NCBI GenBank assembly: GCA_016432325.1
Contig: CP066684.1
Span: forward strand, 160,001 to 224,000
Reading direction: 5' to 3'
DNA length: 64,000 nucleotides
Source: Candidatus Aenigmatarchaeota archaeon
Lineage (GTDB): Archaea > Aenigmatarchaeota > Aenigmatarchaeia > PWEA01 > JACQIF01
Shown in pieces: positions 1-10,386 of this stretch (the first letter of the stretch is position 1; each line of letters opens with the position of its first letter). The notes beneath the pieces were generated by a model that saw only the letters and a list, made by a program, of their open reading frames with translations, was not told the origin of the DNA and ran no database searches. Position numbers and translations under genes: made by a program.

Positions 1-403
1 CTTTGAGTTCCTCGTTTTCCTCTCCCGAACTCCTTCTGTTCACGCGTTCAAATACGTCCTTGTAAGCGTTGCGTGCGATAAGTGCCGCGGCAAGGGCGTC
101 GCGTTCATGGAGATTATGCGTTGCATATGAGGACGTCGACTCTTCCTTTGAGCGTCTCGTTGCGTCAGTCTCCGGAGAATGCACGGGCGCGCCGAAACTC
201 GTCGCTATCTTTGAGACGAGCGCAGGCGGTCTGGCCCTGTCCGTGGCGACAATGCTGGGATGCCCGACGGACATGATGGTTTTTATTATTTCCTTCGCCG
301 AGAAGTTTTTCCTGCTCGTCAGCAACAGCACGTTCCCATAGAAGTCCAGAGCGCACAGCCCCGTTTTTGTCCCTGGGTCTATTCCCACTATGAACCTTTT
401 CAA
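1..403 (-). CDS. DUF460 family protein (RNase H-like fold, COG2433-like), truncated at window edge
   Basis: Manual translation from TTG at 403: MKRFIVGIDPGTKTG...PSIVATD...HERDALAAA; absent from the ORF track because it runs off the left end. Confidence 0.8.
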   Translation of the reverse strand, partial: MKRFIVGIDPGTKTGLCALDFYGNVLLLTSRKNFSAKEIIKTIMSVGHPSIVATDRARPPALVSKIATSFGAPVHSPETDATRRSKEESTSSYATHNLHERDALAAALIARNAYKDVFERVNRRSSGEENEELK

Positions 404-413
404 GGTATCGCCC

Positions 414-1061
414 CTAGCCTACGGCGGCCAGCTTCTTTTCCAGGAGCAGATTCGCTATTTCCGATGGAACGTCAACGACGTCTCCCGGAGCAACGGGTCC
501 GTATACCTTGCCGTCAGTGCCGAGGAAGCGTTCAAGTTCGCTCAGCATCCTGACTCTCAGATAAGGGTTCGCGGTTTGTACGGGAGGTTCAGGACGGACC
601 TCTTTCTTAGTCTCCGCGGCCGTTGAACTAAATGTTTTTTCTATGGGAGGTTCCTGGACGGGCGCGGCTGACTGGGGCGGCGCTGCCTGCGTATGCGCGC
701 CGCGTATTCTTTCGAGGCTCGCCTTTCTTACGCGTTCAAGTTCCGAGACGACGACGTCGAAGCACGTCTTCTCCGCCGGCAGGAGATTCTGAGGTGCGGT
801 CCCTCCGCGGATGTAATTTATGGCGAGCTTCACGAGCTTGTGTTCGCGCCTGTCCATCACGTCGCGGATGACCTGCATGACGTTTTCTATTTCGCGCACC
901 AGGCTCGGTTCCTTGGTCTTCTCGAAAAGAAGCTCCTTGCGTTTTATCCAGTCGCGGCACAGATCGTAGAAGTCTTCGGGGAGTTTCTGCAGGGCGTCGT
1001 TCTCCTTCTCAAGCCTCTGAAACCTGCGGAACGTTTCGTAAGTTATGACGTTTTCGTTCAT
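414..1061 (-). CDS. GINS complex subunit (Gins51-type, A domain then B domain)
   Basis: N-term ITYETFRRFQRLEKENDALQKLPEDFY, DRREHKLV; C-term ERFLGTDGKVYGP..PGDVVDVP..IANLL; start placed at MNENV. Confidence 0.8.
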   Translation of the reverse strand: MNENVITYETFRRFQRLEKENDALQKLPEDFYDLCRDWIKRKELLFEKTKEPSLVREIENVMQVIRDVMDRREHKLVKLAINYIRGGTAPQNLLPAEKTCFDVVVSELERVRKASLERIRGAHTQAAPPQSAAPVQEPPIEKTFSSTAAETKKEVRPEPPVQTANPYLRVRMLSELERFLGTDGKVYGPVAPGDVVDVPSEIANLLLEKKLAAVG

Positions 1062-1136
1062 CACCAGACCCCACGGGTTTTGTTCAGCGACCGAAGATAA
1101 ATATGCGATTCCACCACACCTGTCCGTGGTAAGAGT

Positions 1137-1655
1137 ATGAGGCTTTACGCGTTGCTGCTTGTCGTTCTCGCCGCGGGTTGCGTAGGAAGCACGGCCCAGA
1201 CGGGGTCGCAAACGGAACAGCCGGCGGAGACTTGGGCCGACGCGACGCTCACAAACGCACTCACAGGAGAGACTTTCGCCATATCGGACTATCGTGGTCA
1301 GATAGTCCTTCTGGAGGCCATGGCCGTCTGGTGTCCTGTGTGCGCAGAGCAGCAGGCGGAGATTGAACGCGCGCACGCGCTCGCTCCCGGTGAGTTCGTT
1401 TCCATATCCGTCGACGTCGACAATACGGAGACCGCGGAAAAGCTCAGTTCATACGTAGCGGGCAAAGGATTCGACTGGGCCTTCGCGACAGACGCGGGAG
1501 GGTTCGGCTCTTCTCTTGAAAGGCAGTTCGGTTTCCAGGTTCTGAGCGTTCCAAGCGCGCCCATAATACTGATAGACCGTGAAGGAAACGCCCGCCTGCT
1601 GCCGGGAGGCGTCAAGAACGCAGATGCGCTGGTCGCGTACGTGAGGTCTTCCTGA
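1137..1655 (+). CDS. TlpA/ResA-like thioredoxin-fold lipoprotein
   Basis: Lipobox-like LAAGC, WCPVC active site, cis-Pro region. Confidence 0.85.
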   Translation: MRLYALLLVVLAAGCVGSTAQTGSQTEQPAETWADATLTNALTGETFAISDYRGQIVLLEAMAVWCPVCAEQQAEIERAHALAPGEFVSISVDVDNTETAEKLSSYVAGKGFDWAFATDAGGFGSSLERQFGFQVLSVPSAPIILIDREGNARLLPGGVKNADALVAYVRSS

Positions 1656-2350
1656 TGGCGCTGGCGGACTTGGCGCTGGCCTTCACGCTGGGAACGTTTG
1701 CTTCTGCCAACCCGTGCGTTCTGCCTCTCTATCCGGGTTTCCTCGCGTACATGGCTTCGCGTTCGCGGGAAATGGGCAAAACGCCGCACGAAGGTCTGAT
1801 GGGACTCCTCGTGCTCGCGGGCGTCCTGACGATGATGCTCTTGCTGGGTCTCGCAATCTCCCTTATCGGCGTGTCGACCTCTGACGTTCTCAAAATCGTG
1901 ACGCCTGTGGCTGACGTAATGCTGATTCTAATCGGTCTCGTCCTCTTGCTCAACATCGACATCGGCTCGCGCATCCCGCAGCTGCGCGCGCCTTTGACGA
2001 AGGACCCGCTCAGAGGCTCTTTCGTCTACGGACTGCTCTACGGTCCGATCGTGCTGCCGTGCAACGCTCCGCTGTTTCTGGCGGTCTTTACGCGTTCCGT
2101 CGGCGTGGAGGACTTCTTCGGGCGGCTCGGCATCGTGCTCGCTTTCGGCTTGGGCTTCGGCCTGCCTCTATTGTTGATATCGCTGCTCGGCAAGGCGCGG
2201 CAGGGCTGGCTCGTCAGGATGTTCGCGGAGAACCATTCAAATATCAACAGGGTTGCCGGCGTAATACTGATAGCCGTCGGCCTCTACGACCTCTATCTGA
2301 CGACATTCTACCTGTCTGTGCTGCTGGCCAACCCGGCCATGCCAACCTAG
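1655..2350 (+). CDS. ccdA: CcdA/DsbD transmembrane-domain protein
   Basis: NPCVLPLYP and LPCNAP cysteine motifs, about 6 TM helices, coupled to the upstream thioredoxin. Confidence 0.85.
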   Translation: MALADLALAFTLGTFASANPCVLPLYPGFLAYMASRSREMGKTPHEGLMGLLVLAGVLTMMLLLGLAISLIGVSTSDVLKIVTPVADVMLILIGLVLLLNIDIGSRIPQLRAPLTKDPLRGSFVYGLLYGPIVLPCNAPLFLAVFTRSVGVEDFFGRLGIVLAFGLGFGLPLLLISLLGKARQGWLVRMFAENHSNINRVAGVILIAVGLYDLYLTTFYLSVLLANPAMPT

Positions 2351-2943
2351 AACTTCCCTTCTGTAACGCTTATTACAGTCTGCAAATAGGTTTTTGACTT
2401 GAAATCGCGTGATACCGCTTTGTTGTAGAATACGATGTTGCCGTACAGGCAGGGGGCGACCATCGTGTCCAGCGCAGACGTGCGGTTGTAGAAGCCCCTG
2501 CACTCGCTCGTCTGCGAGAGGCTGTCGAATACGACATCATGCGTCCCTGACGCGAGGTCTCCTTCGAGCGTGCTGTAGAACGACTCGGCGTTCGCGAACG
2601 AATCAAAAACGTACAGCTTCTGCGTGACCTGGTCTATCTGCAGGACGCTGTTGGTCACGTTGTCCACGTATCTCCTGCCGTAGACGATCGTGAGGCCGTC
2701 TGTTATTCCAGGGGCTTCGTCGCTGCCGACGGCTATTTTGAGCATGGTCTTCCAGTTGAGCGGAGACCTGTACTTTGGCAGTTCGTGTGTCTGGAGCAGC
2801 AGCTCGTCGGCCGTCTTGTTGACGAAATGAGCCTCCGGTCTGGGCATCTCAATCTGTTGGGTCGGAAGAAGAAAAAAGACTGTCAGCACGGCTACCGGGA
2901 TGAGAAATATCGCGGCCGCGTACGTTATGGAAAGCGCTTTCAT
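2347..2943 (-). CDS. hypothetical membrane-anchored/secreted protein
   Basis: N-terminal hydrophobic helix from MKALSITY; no recognised family. Confidence 0.6.
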   Translation of the reverse strand: MKALSITYAAAIFLIPVAVLTVFFLLPTQQIEMPRPEAHFVNKTADELLLQTHELPKYRSPLNWKTMLKIAVGSDEAPGITDGLTIVYGRRYVDNVTNSVLQIDQVTQKLYVFDSFANAESFYSTLEGDLASGTHDVVFDSLSQTSECRGFYNRTSALDTMVAPCLYGNIVFYNKAVSRDFKSKTYLQTVISVTEGKF

Positions 2944-2957
2944 AGCCCAACAGGCAC

Positions 2958-4241
2958 TCATCCTTTTATAAGCTTTCTGGAAACCCCTGCGAATGGGTAG
3001 GACACGGGATTCTTTATCTGTATCGTTTCGGTGCCGCGCTTGCACCTCTCGTCCGGTTGGCAGATGTTATACCCTGTGTAAAACGCGTCGTTTGCGCAGT
3101 TGGGCGGCAGCAGGCTCCTTCCGGTTTCTGCGCTGCGCCTGAACCAGTTCAGTTGCGTGTTCACGTACGTATCGGAGAGCGGCGGCTTGTTCTTCGCGTT
3201 CGCCTCTCGCACCGCGGCGTCTATCTTTTCCCATGGCCAGTTCATCTGCTGCAGGAAGTTAACGAGCACGAGCACGGAACGCTTGCGTCCGTCTGCGAGA
3301 CCGCCCATTATGAGTTTTATGCACGGCGGGAACACGGACTCCGGAACCTCTTTCGTGCGTTTGACGTGCTTCGTCGTTTCCTTCCTTTCCTCCTTTACCC
3401 GCGACGCGTGCCAGTCCATGGCCGCGACGACGAGGGAGTCTGCGTCGCCGCCGGGCGCGAGGAATCCTTGGGGCTTGTATTTGACGGCCCGTTCTGGAGA
3501 CGCGTATTCGATTTTGAACGAGTCTAGTTCCGTCCTGGCGAGCGGCACGCTCGCAAGCCACGTTTTCTCATTGAGCGAGTACGGAAGGCGGAACAGGTGG
3601 CGCTCGCCCCAGTTGCTCTCTATGTCCACGAACAGATACGGCGAGAGCGTGGTCGCCTGGACGTCTCCGAGCTCCTCCATCAGTTCGTGCAGCGAGCCCT
3701 TGCTCTTCTTCAGGTCTGCGAACAGCCGGTCCTTGACGGTCTCCTTGATGTACGACGCCACGATGCGCGGCACCTTGGGGAACTGATGCGTGGCGGGCTC
3801 GTAGTCTATCGTTTTGGGGAGGGACTCCCACGGGACCCCTATGTGGAAACCGCGGTTGCCCGAGAACTTCACCGTCGCCTCGACGCCGTACGAACGCAGG
3901 AGGTCGAGGACCCGCAGAGCCGCGAGCTTCGACGCATCCAGTCCTATCGAAGAGTCTATGTCTATTATCATGTCCCATCCGGTCCGCAAATCCTTCATAT
4001 CCGCGGAGCTTATCCCCGTTCGCAGCAGCAGAGGGTTCTTCCAGTGCTCCACCGTTCCGTGGAAAGAAGTGGCGCCCTTCCTCACCAGTTCCAGAATGTC
4101 GCGTTCATACACGAGCACGTTGGGGCGCGTCATGTGACCGCCGTTTTCAAGGGCGACCGATACTTCGCGGTTCTTCGCGTGAGAGAGTATCTGCTCCAGA
4201 ACAACGGGATTCGAATAGTACGTGAGCAGGTTCGTGAACAC
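2958..4241 (-). CDS. fused DNA primase (PriS catalytic domain plus PriL C-terminal Fe-S domain)
   Basis: GWDMIIDID, KFSGNRGFH, HLFRLPYSLNEK (PriS), then FPPCI..GRKR..PPNC..C..C..KNP (PriL-CTD). Confidence 0.9.
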   Translation of the reverse strand: MFTNLLTYYSNPVVLEQILSHAKNREVSVALENGGHMTRPNVLVYERDILELVRKGATSFHGTVEHWKNPLLLRTGISSADMKDLRTGWDMIIDIDSSIGLDASKLAALRVLDLLRSYGVEATVKFSGNRGFHIGVPWESLPKTIDYEPATHQFPKVPRIVASYIKETVKDRLFADLKKSKGSLHELMEELGDVQATTLSPYLFVDIESNWGERHLFRLPYSLNEKTWLASVPLARTELDSFKIEYASPERAVKYKPQGFLAPGGDADSLVVAAMDWHASRVKEERKETTKHVKRTKEVPESVFPPCIKLIMGGLADGRKRSVLVLVNFLQQMNWPWEKIDAAVREANAKNKPPLSDTYVNTQLNWFRRSAETGRSLLPPNCANDAFYTGYNICQPDERCKRGTETIQIKNPVSYPFAGVSRKLIKG

Positions 4242-4308
4242 ACCCCGCGACCTATTGCGCCGCCGTTTATTTATAGCGTTTAAATAGGCGTTCGGCTTCC
4301 GTCATGTC

Positions 4309-5061
4309 ATGGACGTCGTGACATACGCGATAGCCAGCGTGATTCTCGTGAGCGCCGTATCCTTCGTCGGTGTGGCCGCGCTCGCGATAAGCAGGAAGAG
4401 ATTGCAGAGGATGCTTCTATACATGGTCGCGTTCTCCGCGGGCGCGCTTCTGGGCGACGTCTTCTTCCATCTCCTGCCTGAGACCGTGGAGACCGTCGGC
4501 TTCACCTCGCAGGTGTCGCTTTACGTGTTGTCCGGCATAGCCGTCTTTTTCGTCGTCGAGAAGGTCGTCCTCCGGACGCACGCTTCGAACGCCGCGCGTT
4601 CAAAGCGCGAATCCGTTCACTCGTTCGCGGTCATGAACCTTCTGGGCGACGGCATCCATAACTTCATCGACGGCCTCATCATAGGGGCAAGCTACATCGT
4701 GGCGACGCCGATAGGCATCGCCACAACGCTTGCCGTGGTTTTGCACGAGATTCCCCAGGAGATTGGGGACTTCGGTGTCCTGATGCGCGGCGGTTTCTCG
4801 AGAAAGAAGGCGCTTCTGTTCAATTTCATCACGGCCCTGACGGCCGTGGCAGGCGCAGGCGTCGCGCTCGCGCTGAACTCTTACGTGGGAGGCCTGACGG
4901 ATTTCCTCATCCCGTTCGCCGCCGGCGGATTCATATACATCGCGGGAGCCGACCTTATACCCGAACTTCACAAGGAATCGGGCGCGTTGCAGTCGTTGTT
5001 GCAGACGGCGGCTCTTATGCTCGGCTTGTTTGTGATGCTGTTGCTTAAAACCGCGGGTTAG
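4309..5061 (+). CDS. ZIP family divalent metal transporter
   Basis: HLLPE, GDGIHNFIDG, LHEIPQEIGDF, DLIPELH. Confidence 0.92.
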   Translation: MDVVTYAIASVILVSAVSFVGVAALAISRKRLQRMLLYMVAFSAGALLGDVFFHLLPETVETVGFTSQVSLYVLSGIAVFFVVEKVVLRTHASNAARSKRESVHSFAVMNLLGDGIHNFIDGLIIGASYIVATPIGIATTLAVVLHEIPQEIGDFGVLMRGGFSRKKALLFNFITALTAVAGAGVALALNSYVGGLTDFLIPFAAGGFIYIAGADLIPELHKESGALQSLLQTAALMLGLFVMLLLKTAG

Positions 5062-5192
5062 CGTTCGAGAAGCTTGAGAAGACCGACCAATACGAGGAAC
5101 GCCCCTGCGAGTATGGAGAGAAGCTCGGGTTTCCACAGTATGAGCGCTCCGCTGACCAACGCCAGCGCACCGAGCACGCGTTCGTCTTTCAA
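5058..5192 (-). CDS. small two-TM membrane protein (DUF3096-like), 44 aa
   Basis: TTG start after GGAGGGG RBS: MKDERVLGALALVSGALILWKPELLSILAGAFLVLVGLLKLLER. Confidence 0.7.
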   Translation of the reverse strand: MKDERVLGALALVSGALILWKPELLSILAGAFLVLVGLLKLLER

Positions 5193-5271
5193 CGTATCCC
5201 CTCCATTGGAATTAGACCCCGGCGGGTGGTCACATCAGGCATAAATATTGGCTTCCCCATTATATAAGTCA

Positions 5272-5440
5272 CCTAGTGGGGTGGTTTTTCGGTCTCAGGC
5301 GTTTGCCGGGCCGAAGCGTTGGGGCGCATTCGCACTGCCTTCAGACGCGCAGGCGTTTGAAGTCAATACCTTCTGGTGCAAGGTGCCGTGTCCTCGACAC
5401 TCAACCCGAAGTGGTGTCGAATGCCCTCACGGCCACTAGG
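5272..5440. other. structured intergenic element closed by an 8-bp inverted repeat (candidate ncRNA or MITE-like)
   Basis: CCTAGTGG 5272-5279 pairs with CCACTAGG 5433-5440; several internal hairpins. Confidence 0.4.
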
Positions 5441-5452
5441 ATTTTCGTTTTC

Positions 5453-5581
5453 TCATGCCAGCTGACTGACGAGCCCTATCTGGCTGTGAATGAGGATAAA
5501 GAGGACAATAAGAAACAGTATGAGAAAGACGGAGGCGCACGCGTACAAAGGCGTCTGGTCGAATCCCCTGTCGCCGAGCAT
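5453..5581 (-). CDS. small membrane protein, 42 aa
   Basis: MLGDRGFDQTPLYACASVFLILFLIVLFILIHSQIGLVSQLA; one strong TM helix, directly downstream of the ATPase. Confidence 0.45.
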   Translation of the reverse strand: MLGDRGFDQTPLYACASVFLILFLIVLFILIHSQIGLVSQLA

Positions 5582-5619
5582 GTCCAGTGGTTGGCGACGC
5601 CGCATAAAAACCTTTGCTG

Positions 5620-8286
5620 TCAGTCGATTATCCTGTAGCCGAGCAATCTTTTCGCAATCTCCGTCGTCGCCAGCACCGTCAGCGACACGGCTACCACGGC
5701 GACCCAGTCTCCGAAAGTCAGGGGCACGACTTCGAACACGGCGGCCAGCGGCGTGTAGAGCAGAACGAACTGAAGCGCGACAGAGAGAGCCACTGCCGCG
5801 AGGAGATACTTGTTGCGCAGGATTCCCTCTTTCAGCAGCGAGTCGTTCGTCCTGCAGCAGAACACGTTCACAATCTCGTACATCACGATAGTCGTGAAGG
5901 CAACGGTCTGCGCGTAGGCCGCGCCCTTCGGAAGATATGCGTAGAAGAGGGCGAGAGTGCCGACGGCCATTGTCGCGCCGACAGAGAGCAGGAACGCAGC
6001 GGTGTTCCAGTCCAGGATGGCCTTGTTCTTGGCGACGGGCTTCCTCCTCATCGCGTCCTTGGAGATGGGGTCCGCGCCAAGCGCTATCGCAGGCAGCCCG
6101 TCGGTGGCTATGTTTATCCACAGCAGCTGCAGCGCCTGAAGCGGCAGCACGGGGAACAGAAGGACGCCGAAGAAGAGTACGAAAACCTCCCCTATGTTTG
6201 AACTCAGGAGGTAGTTGACGAACTTCTGCACGTTGTCGTATACGCCGCGGCCTTCTTCGATAGCTGCGACGATGGACGAATAGTTGTCATCCACGAGAAC
6301 CATGTCGCTCGCTTCCTTGGCGACGTCCGTGCCTGTGACGCCCATCGCGACACCGACGTCGGATTTCTTGAGAGCAGGCGCGTCGTTGACGCCGTCGCCT
6401 GTCATCGCGACCACGTGGCCGTGTTTTTTGAGGGCGTCCACAATGCGCACCTTGTGCTCCGGATCGACGCGCGCAAAAACGGAAACGGTGCGTATCTTCT
6501 CCGCAAGCGCGTCATCGCCCATCTTGTCGAGTTCCTTGCCTTCGACGACATCGCTGCCGTCAAGCTCTACCAGCTGCGCTATCGCCCGCGCGGTGAGGGC
6601 GTTGTCTCCGGTGACCATGATAGTGCGGATGCCGGCTTCTCGCGCTTTCGCTATCGACGACTTTATCTCTTCCCTCGGCGGGTCCATCATGCCGGCGATT
6701 CCGAGGAAAACCAGTTCGCGTTCCGTTTGTTCGGGCGTGTATTCGCTCCGTTTCTCGATTTCCCTGTACGCGAACGCGAGGACGCGCAGCGCTTCGGAGC
6801 CCATGTGCCCGACCTCGGATAAGATGCGCACGCGATCTTTCTGGGTGATTGTACGGATGCGTCCGTCCGCCAGTATGCGGTCGCAGCGCTCCAGAATCTC
6901 CTCAGGAGCGCCTTTGGTGTGCACGACGAGCCCGCGCCCGACGGCGTTCACGGTGCTCATCATCTTGCGTTCCGCGTCGAAGGGTATCTCGGCCATGCGC
7001 GGATGTCTCTTCTCCTGTTCGGCTTTCTGCAAACCGGCCTTGCCGGTCAGCGTCAGAAGACATCCTTCGGTCGGGTCTCCAAGAACGTCCCAGCCGTTTT
7101 TCTGCACAATCTCCGCGTTGTTGGCCAGCACAGCCGTTCTTAACATGAGCATGAGGGTGTCGTTCTTTATCGCGTCTGTTTGTCTGCCGGCCTTCGTGAA
7201 TGCGCCTTCTGGCTTGTATCCTATGCCCGTAACGTCATAGACATTTTCATCGCAATAGACGCGCGTGACGGTCATCCTGTTCTGCGTCAACGTCCCTGTC
7301 TTGTCCGTGCAGATGACGGATATGGAGCCGAGCGTCTCGACGGCAGGCAGTTTTCTTATTATTGCGTTTCTTTTCACCATTCTTTGCACGCCGAGCGCAA
7401 GGGATACCGTGACTACGGCGGGCAATCCCTCGGGTATCGCGGCGACGGCCAGAGCAACGCCCACTATGAACATCTGCCTCACGATGTCGAGCGTTATCAG
7501 AGGGCTCTTCAGGACTCCTGCGAGGGCGACGACCGCGACTATTACCAGCGTTGCCAGGCCGAGTTTCTTGCTTATCTCCTCCATCTTTATTTCCAGCGGC
7601 AGCTTCTCTTTGCCCTCCTGTACGAGAGACGCTATCCTTCCCAGCTCGGTCTGCATACCAGTGCTTACGACGATCGCTCTGGCGACGCCGTAGGAGACAT
7701 CCGTGCCCATGAAAACCATGTTGGTTCGCTGCACGACAGTCGCGTCATCCTTCAGGACTCCAGAGAATTTTTTGACAGGAACAGATTCGCCGGTGAGCGA
7801 CGCCTCCTGCATCTTCAGGTTGCTGGATTCGACAATCCTCGCATCCGCGGGTACTTTGTCCCCGGGTTCCAGTGTGACGATGTCTCCAGGCACAAGCTCA
7901 GACGTAACCACTTCTGTCTTCCTGCCGTCCCTGATAACAGTGCACGTATTCTTGACCATCTTCCTGAGCGCCTCGAGCGCGCGCTCGGCCTTGTACTCCT
8001 GGAAGAATCCCAGCGCGGCGTTTAGTACGAGTATCGCTAGTATCGCTATCGCGTCAAGCCCCTCGCCTATGGCAGCAGACACGAGGGCCGCGATGAGCAG
8101 CAGGATGACCAGGAAGTTCTTGAACTGGTCAAAGAACATCACTATCGGGTTTACGCCGCCTACGCGCTTGAGCTCGTTGCGGCCGTATCTTTCCAGCCGC
8201 GACGGCGCTTCTGCAGACGAGAGGCCCGACGCCGATGAGTTGAGCTCCTTATAGACGGCGTCTATAGGCGACGAGTGCCAGAGCAT
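5620..8286 (-). CDS. P-type ATPase, P2A (Ca2+-transporting) type
   Basis: [40 protein letters not shown]. Confidence 0.95.
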   Translation of the reverse strand: MLWHSSPIDAVYKELNSSASGLSSAEAPSRLERYGRNELKRVGGVNPIVMFFDQFKNFLVILLLIAALVSAAIGEGLDAIAILAILVLNAALGFFQEYKAERALEALRKMVKNTCTVIRDGRKTEVVTSELVPGDIVTLEPGDKVPADARIVESSNLKMQEASLTGESVPVKKFSGVLKDDATVVQRTNMVFMGTDVSYGVARAIVVSTGMQTELGRIASLVQEGKEKLPLEIKMEEISKKLGLATLVIVAVVALAGVLKSPLITLDIVRQMFIVGVALAVAAIPEGLPAVVTVSLALGVQRMVKRNAIIRKLPAVETLGSISVICTDKTGTLTQNRMTVTRVYCDENVYDVTGIGYKPEGAFTKAGRQTDAIKNDTLMLMLRTAVLANNAEIVQKNGWDVLGDPTEGCLLTLTGKAGLQKAEQEKRHPRMAEIPFDAERKMMSTVNAVGRGLVVHTKGAPEEILERCDRILADGRIRTITQKDRVRILSEVGHMGSEALRVLAFAYREIEKRSEYTPEQTERELVFLGIAGMMDPPREEIKSSIAKAREAGIRTIMVTGDNALTARAIAQLVELDGSDVVEGKELDKMGDDALAEKIRTVSVFARVDPEHKVRIVDALKKHGHVVAMTGDGVNDAPALKKSDVGVAMGVTGTDVAKEASDMVLVDDNYSSIVAAIEEGRGVYDNVQKFVNYLLSSNIGEVFVLFFGVLLFPVLPLQALQLLWINIATDGLPAIALGADPISKDAMRRKPVAKNKAILDWNTAAFLLSVGATMAVGTLALFYAYLPKGAAYAQTVAFTTIVMYEIVNVFCCRTNDSLLKEGILRNKYLLAAVALSVALQFVLLYTPLAAVFEVVPLTFGDWVAVVAVSLTVLATTEIAKRLLGYRIID

Positions 8287-8318
8287 AAGCGTATTGGAAA
8301 GAGCCCGTTCTTAAATCA

Positions 8319-8507
8319 TCATTCGCCCTTCTTCTTGAGAACGATATCGCAGTTGGGGCACATGCCCTTCTCCTTGTACATGGTGCTGCAAATCTCGCAG
8401 ACGTAACGGGCCCTTTTCTCCTCTTTTTTCTCTTCGTCGCCCTCTTCTTCGCTTTCCTCGTCTCCTGTGTCAGCGGACTCGTATTTCTCGTCTTCTTCGT
8501 CTGGCAT
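8319..8507 (-). CDS. small acidic zinc-finger protein
   Basis: Acidic N-term, CEIC...CPNC; RBS-like GAGGTG upstream. Confidence 0.7.
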   Translation of the reverse strand: MPDEEDEKYESADTGDEESEEEGDEEKKEEKRARYVCEICSTMYKEKGMCPNCDIVLKKKGE

Positions 8508-8516
8508 CGTTACACC

Positions 8517-8669
8517 TCATTGGCTCGCGGGCGGGTTGAAAGCGCCCAGTACGTTCAGCAGGAACAGCAGCAATTCCGTGGGCGTGGGCAGCCCGAGCAG
8601 TTTCAATCCTACGTGGACGGCCACATATATTACAATCAACCACAGCAGATGCTTGAGCTTCATACCCAT
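8517..8669 (-). CDS. small membrane protein, 50 aa
   Basis: MGMKLKHLLWLIVIYVAVHVGLKLLGLPTPTELLLFLLNVLGAFNPPASQ; overlaps the antiporter stop and fills the operon gap. Confidence 0.6.
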   Translation of the reverse strand: MGMKLKHLLWLIVIYVAVHVGLKLLGLPTPTELLLFLLNVLGAFNPPASQ

Positions 8670-10348
8670 GCGCCTTTCCTGTACCTGTCTTTCAGGTGCC
8701 GTACGTGATGCTTCCTCATGGTTATTATATCTTTTCCCCTGCCCAGCGTGAACTCGCTGACCATCTTGGCCGCGGTTTCGCTGCCCAGGAAATGCGGCAT
8801 CACCACATAGTCGGCTCCCATGCCGTACAACTCTTGCGCGTCTTTGACCGTTCCTGCCGTAACGAAGATAATGGATCCCGTCTTTTTGAAGCCGTCTATC
8901 ACAGACGCGCTGTCGTCAAACCCCGGCATCGTGGACACGACGAGTTTCGGCTTCAGCCGCAACAGTCCTTCCTGCACGTACGCGTCTGTGGCGTCTCCGT
9001 AGAGGCAGTTGTATCCCTTTGCGCGCAGCTCTTTGACAACCGCGGGGTTGAAGTCTATGACCGACAACTTTTTCTTGGCCGTTTTCATGTGCGACAGGAA
9101 GACGCGGCCCATCCTGTCGCATCCTATCAGTATGGTGTCGGCGCGGTATTTGCGCATGTTCGGTTTCAGCTCTTTGATGTTCTTGCGCTCGAACACGCCG
9201 AGGTACGGGGCGAGCAGGCGGAACAGCCTCTCGCCGTGCGCCATCATGTAGACAGAGCCGGCTATCGTCACGGCGCCTACCAGAGTGACAAGCGTGACGG
9301 CCGTCTGCGTCACGTGGCCGAATGCAAGGCCGAGGGCCATCAGTATCAGCGAAAATTCGCTTATCTGGGCGATTGTCAGACCGGTCATGAAACCCGTCCG
9401 CTTCGTGTAGCCGAGCGCTCCCATCAGGACCATCACTATCAGTGGGTTTCCGACGAGCACGAAAAGAGACAGCGCGAGCGCCGGATAGAGGATCGTTCCT
9501 ATCAGCGCGGGAGTCATCTGCGTTCCCAGAGCGATGAAGAACAGGACGACGAAGAAATCGCGGAGCGGCCGGATGCGCGAGCCGAGGTCATACGTATACG
9601 GAAGGGAAGCCATGCTGACGCCGGCGAGGAAGGCGCCTGCCTCTATGGACAGCTCGGCGGCAGCCGCTATTCCGGCAAAGAGGAACATCCACGCGATGCC
9701 TGCGAGGAAGAGCAGCTCCTGCGAGCGCGCGATATATCCCATGACAGGCGGCAGGAAGTAGCGGCTTGATAAATATACGAGCGCCAGGAACAGCAACGTC
9801 TTTCCGGCGGTGAGTCCCACGAGAACGGGCAACGGAACTCCCGAAGCGAAGCCTGTTATCAGTATCAAAACGACGATAGACACGAAGTCCTGCACAAGGA
9901 GCAAACCGACGGACACCTTGCCGTAGAGAGCATCCAGATCCCCCTTGTCCGAGAGTACCTTCACGACTATGACGGTCGACGAGAACGTGAGCGCGGCGCT
10001 GATGTACAATGCTTCGACCATTTCGAAACCCATGGCGCGGACGATGAAGTAGCCTATAAGCGAGGTGAAGAGCACCTGTCCCAGTCCTGTCACGAAAGAG
10101 ATGCTTCCGACCTCTCTCAGCACGCGGGGCTTGAGGTTAAGGCCTATCAGGTATAACAGGAATGCAACGCCGATCGCGGAGAACGCTTCGAGGGTTCCGG
10201 ACGGTTTCACGAATCCGAGCACAGGGCCGACGAGCAGGCCGGCGATTATGTAGGCGATGATGGGCGGCTGTCTCAGCGCGTGCGCCAGTAATGCGACGAG
10301 CGCCGATGCGACTACGACGAGCCCGATGTCAAAGAAGACCGACGACAT
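8660..10348 (-). CDS. Kef-type CPA2 cation/H+ antiporter with C-terminal TrkA-N (KTN) domain
   Basis: FSSTVIV, LLVQD, AQISEFS; C-term IGCDRMG, YGDATD, GADYVV. Confidence 0.92.
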   Translation of the reverse strand: MSSVFFDIGLVVVASALVALLAHALRQPPIIAYIIAGLLVGPVLGFVKPSGTLEAFSAIGVAFLLYLIGLNLKPRVLREVGSISFVTGLGQVLFTSLIGYFIVRAMGFEMVEALYISAALTFSSTVIVVKVLSDKGDLDALYGKVSVGLLLVQDFVSIVVLILITGFASGVPLPVLVGLTAGKTLLFLALVYLSSRYFLPPVMGYIARSQELLFLAGIAWMFLFAGIAAAAELSIEAGAFLAGVSMASLPYTYDLGSRIRPLRDFFVVLFFIALGTQMTPALIGTILYPALALSLFVLVGNPLIVMVLMGALGYTKRTGFMTGLTIAQISEFSLILMALGLAFGHVTQTAVTLVTLVGAVTIAGSVYMMAHGERLFRLLAPYLGVFERKNIKELKPNMRKYRADTILIGCDRMGRVFLSHMKTAKKKLSVIDFNPAVVKELRAKGYNCLYGDATDAYVQEGLLRLKPKLVVSTMPGFDDSASVIDGFKKTGSIIFVTAGTVKDAQELYGMGADYVVMPHFLGSETAAKMVSEFTLGRGKDIITMRKHHVRHLKDRYRKGAWV

Positions 10349-10386
10349 ACGCGTGGTGGCGCACCGGAGAATAAAAGCGTTTTGTC

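Noticed and set aside
5387-5399. 13-mer match (reverse complement) to 52518-52530
   Set aside because: A single 13-nt match is within chance expectation for a 64-kb window
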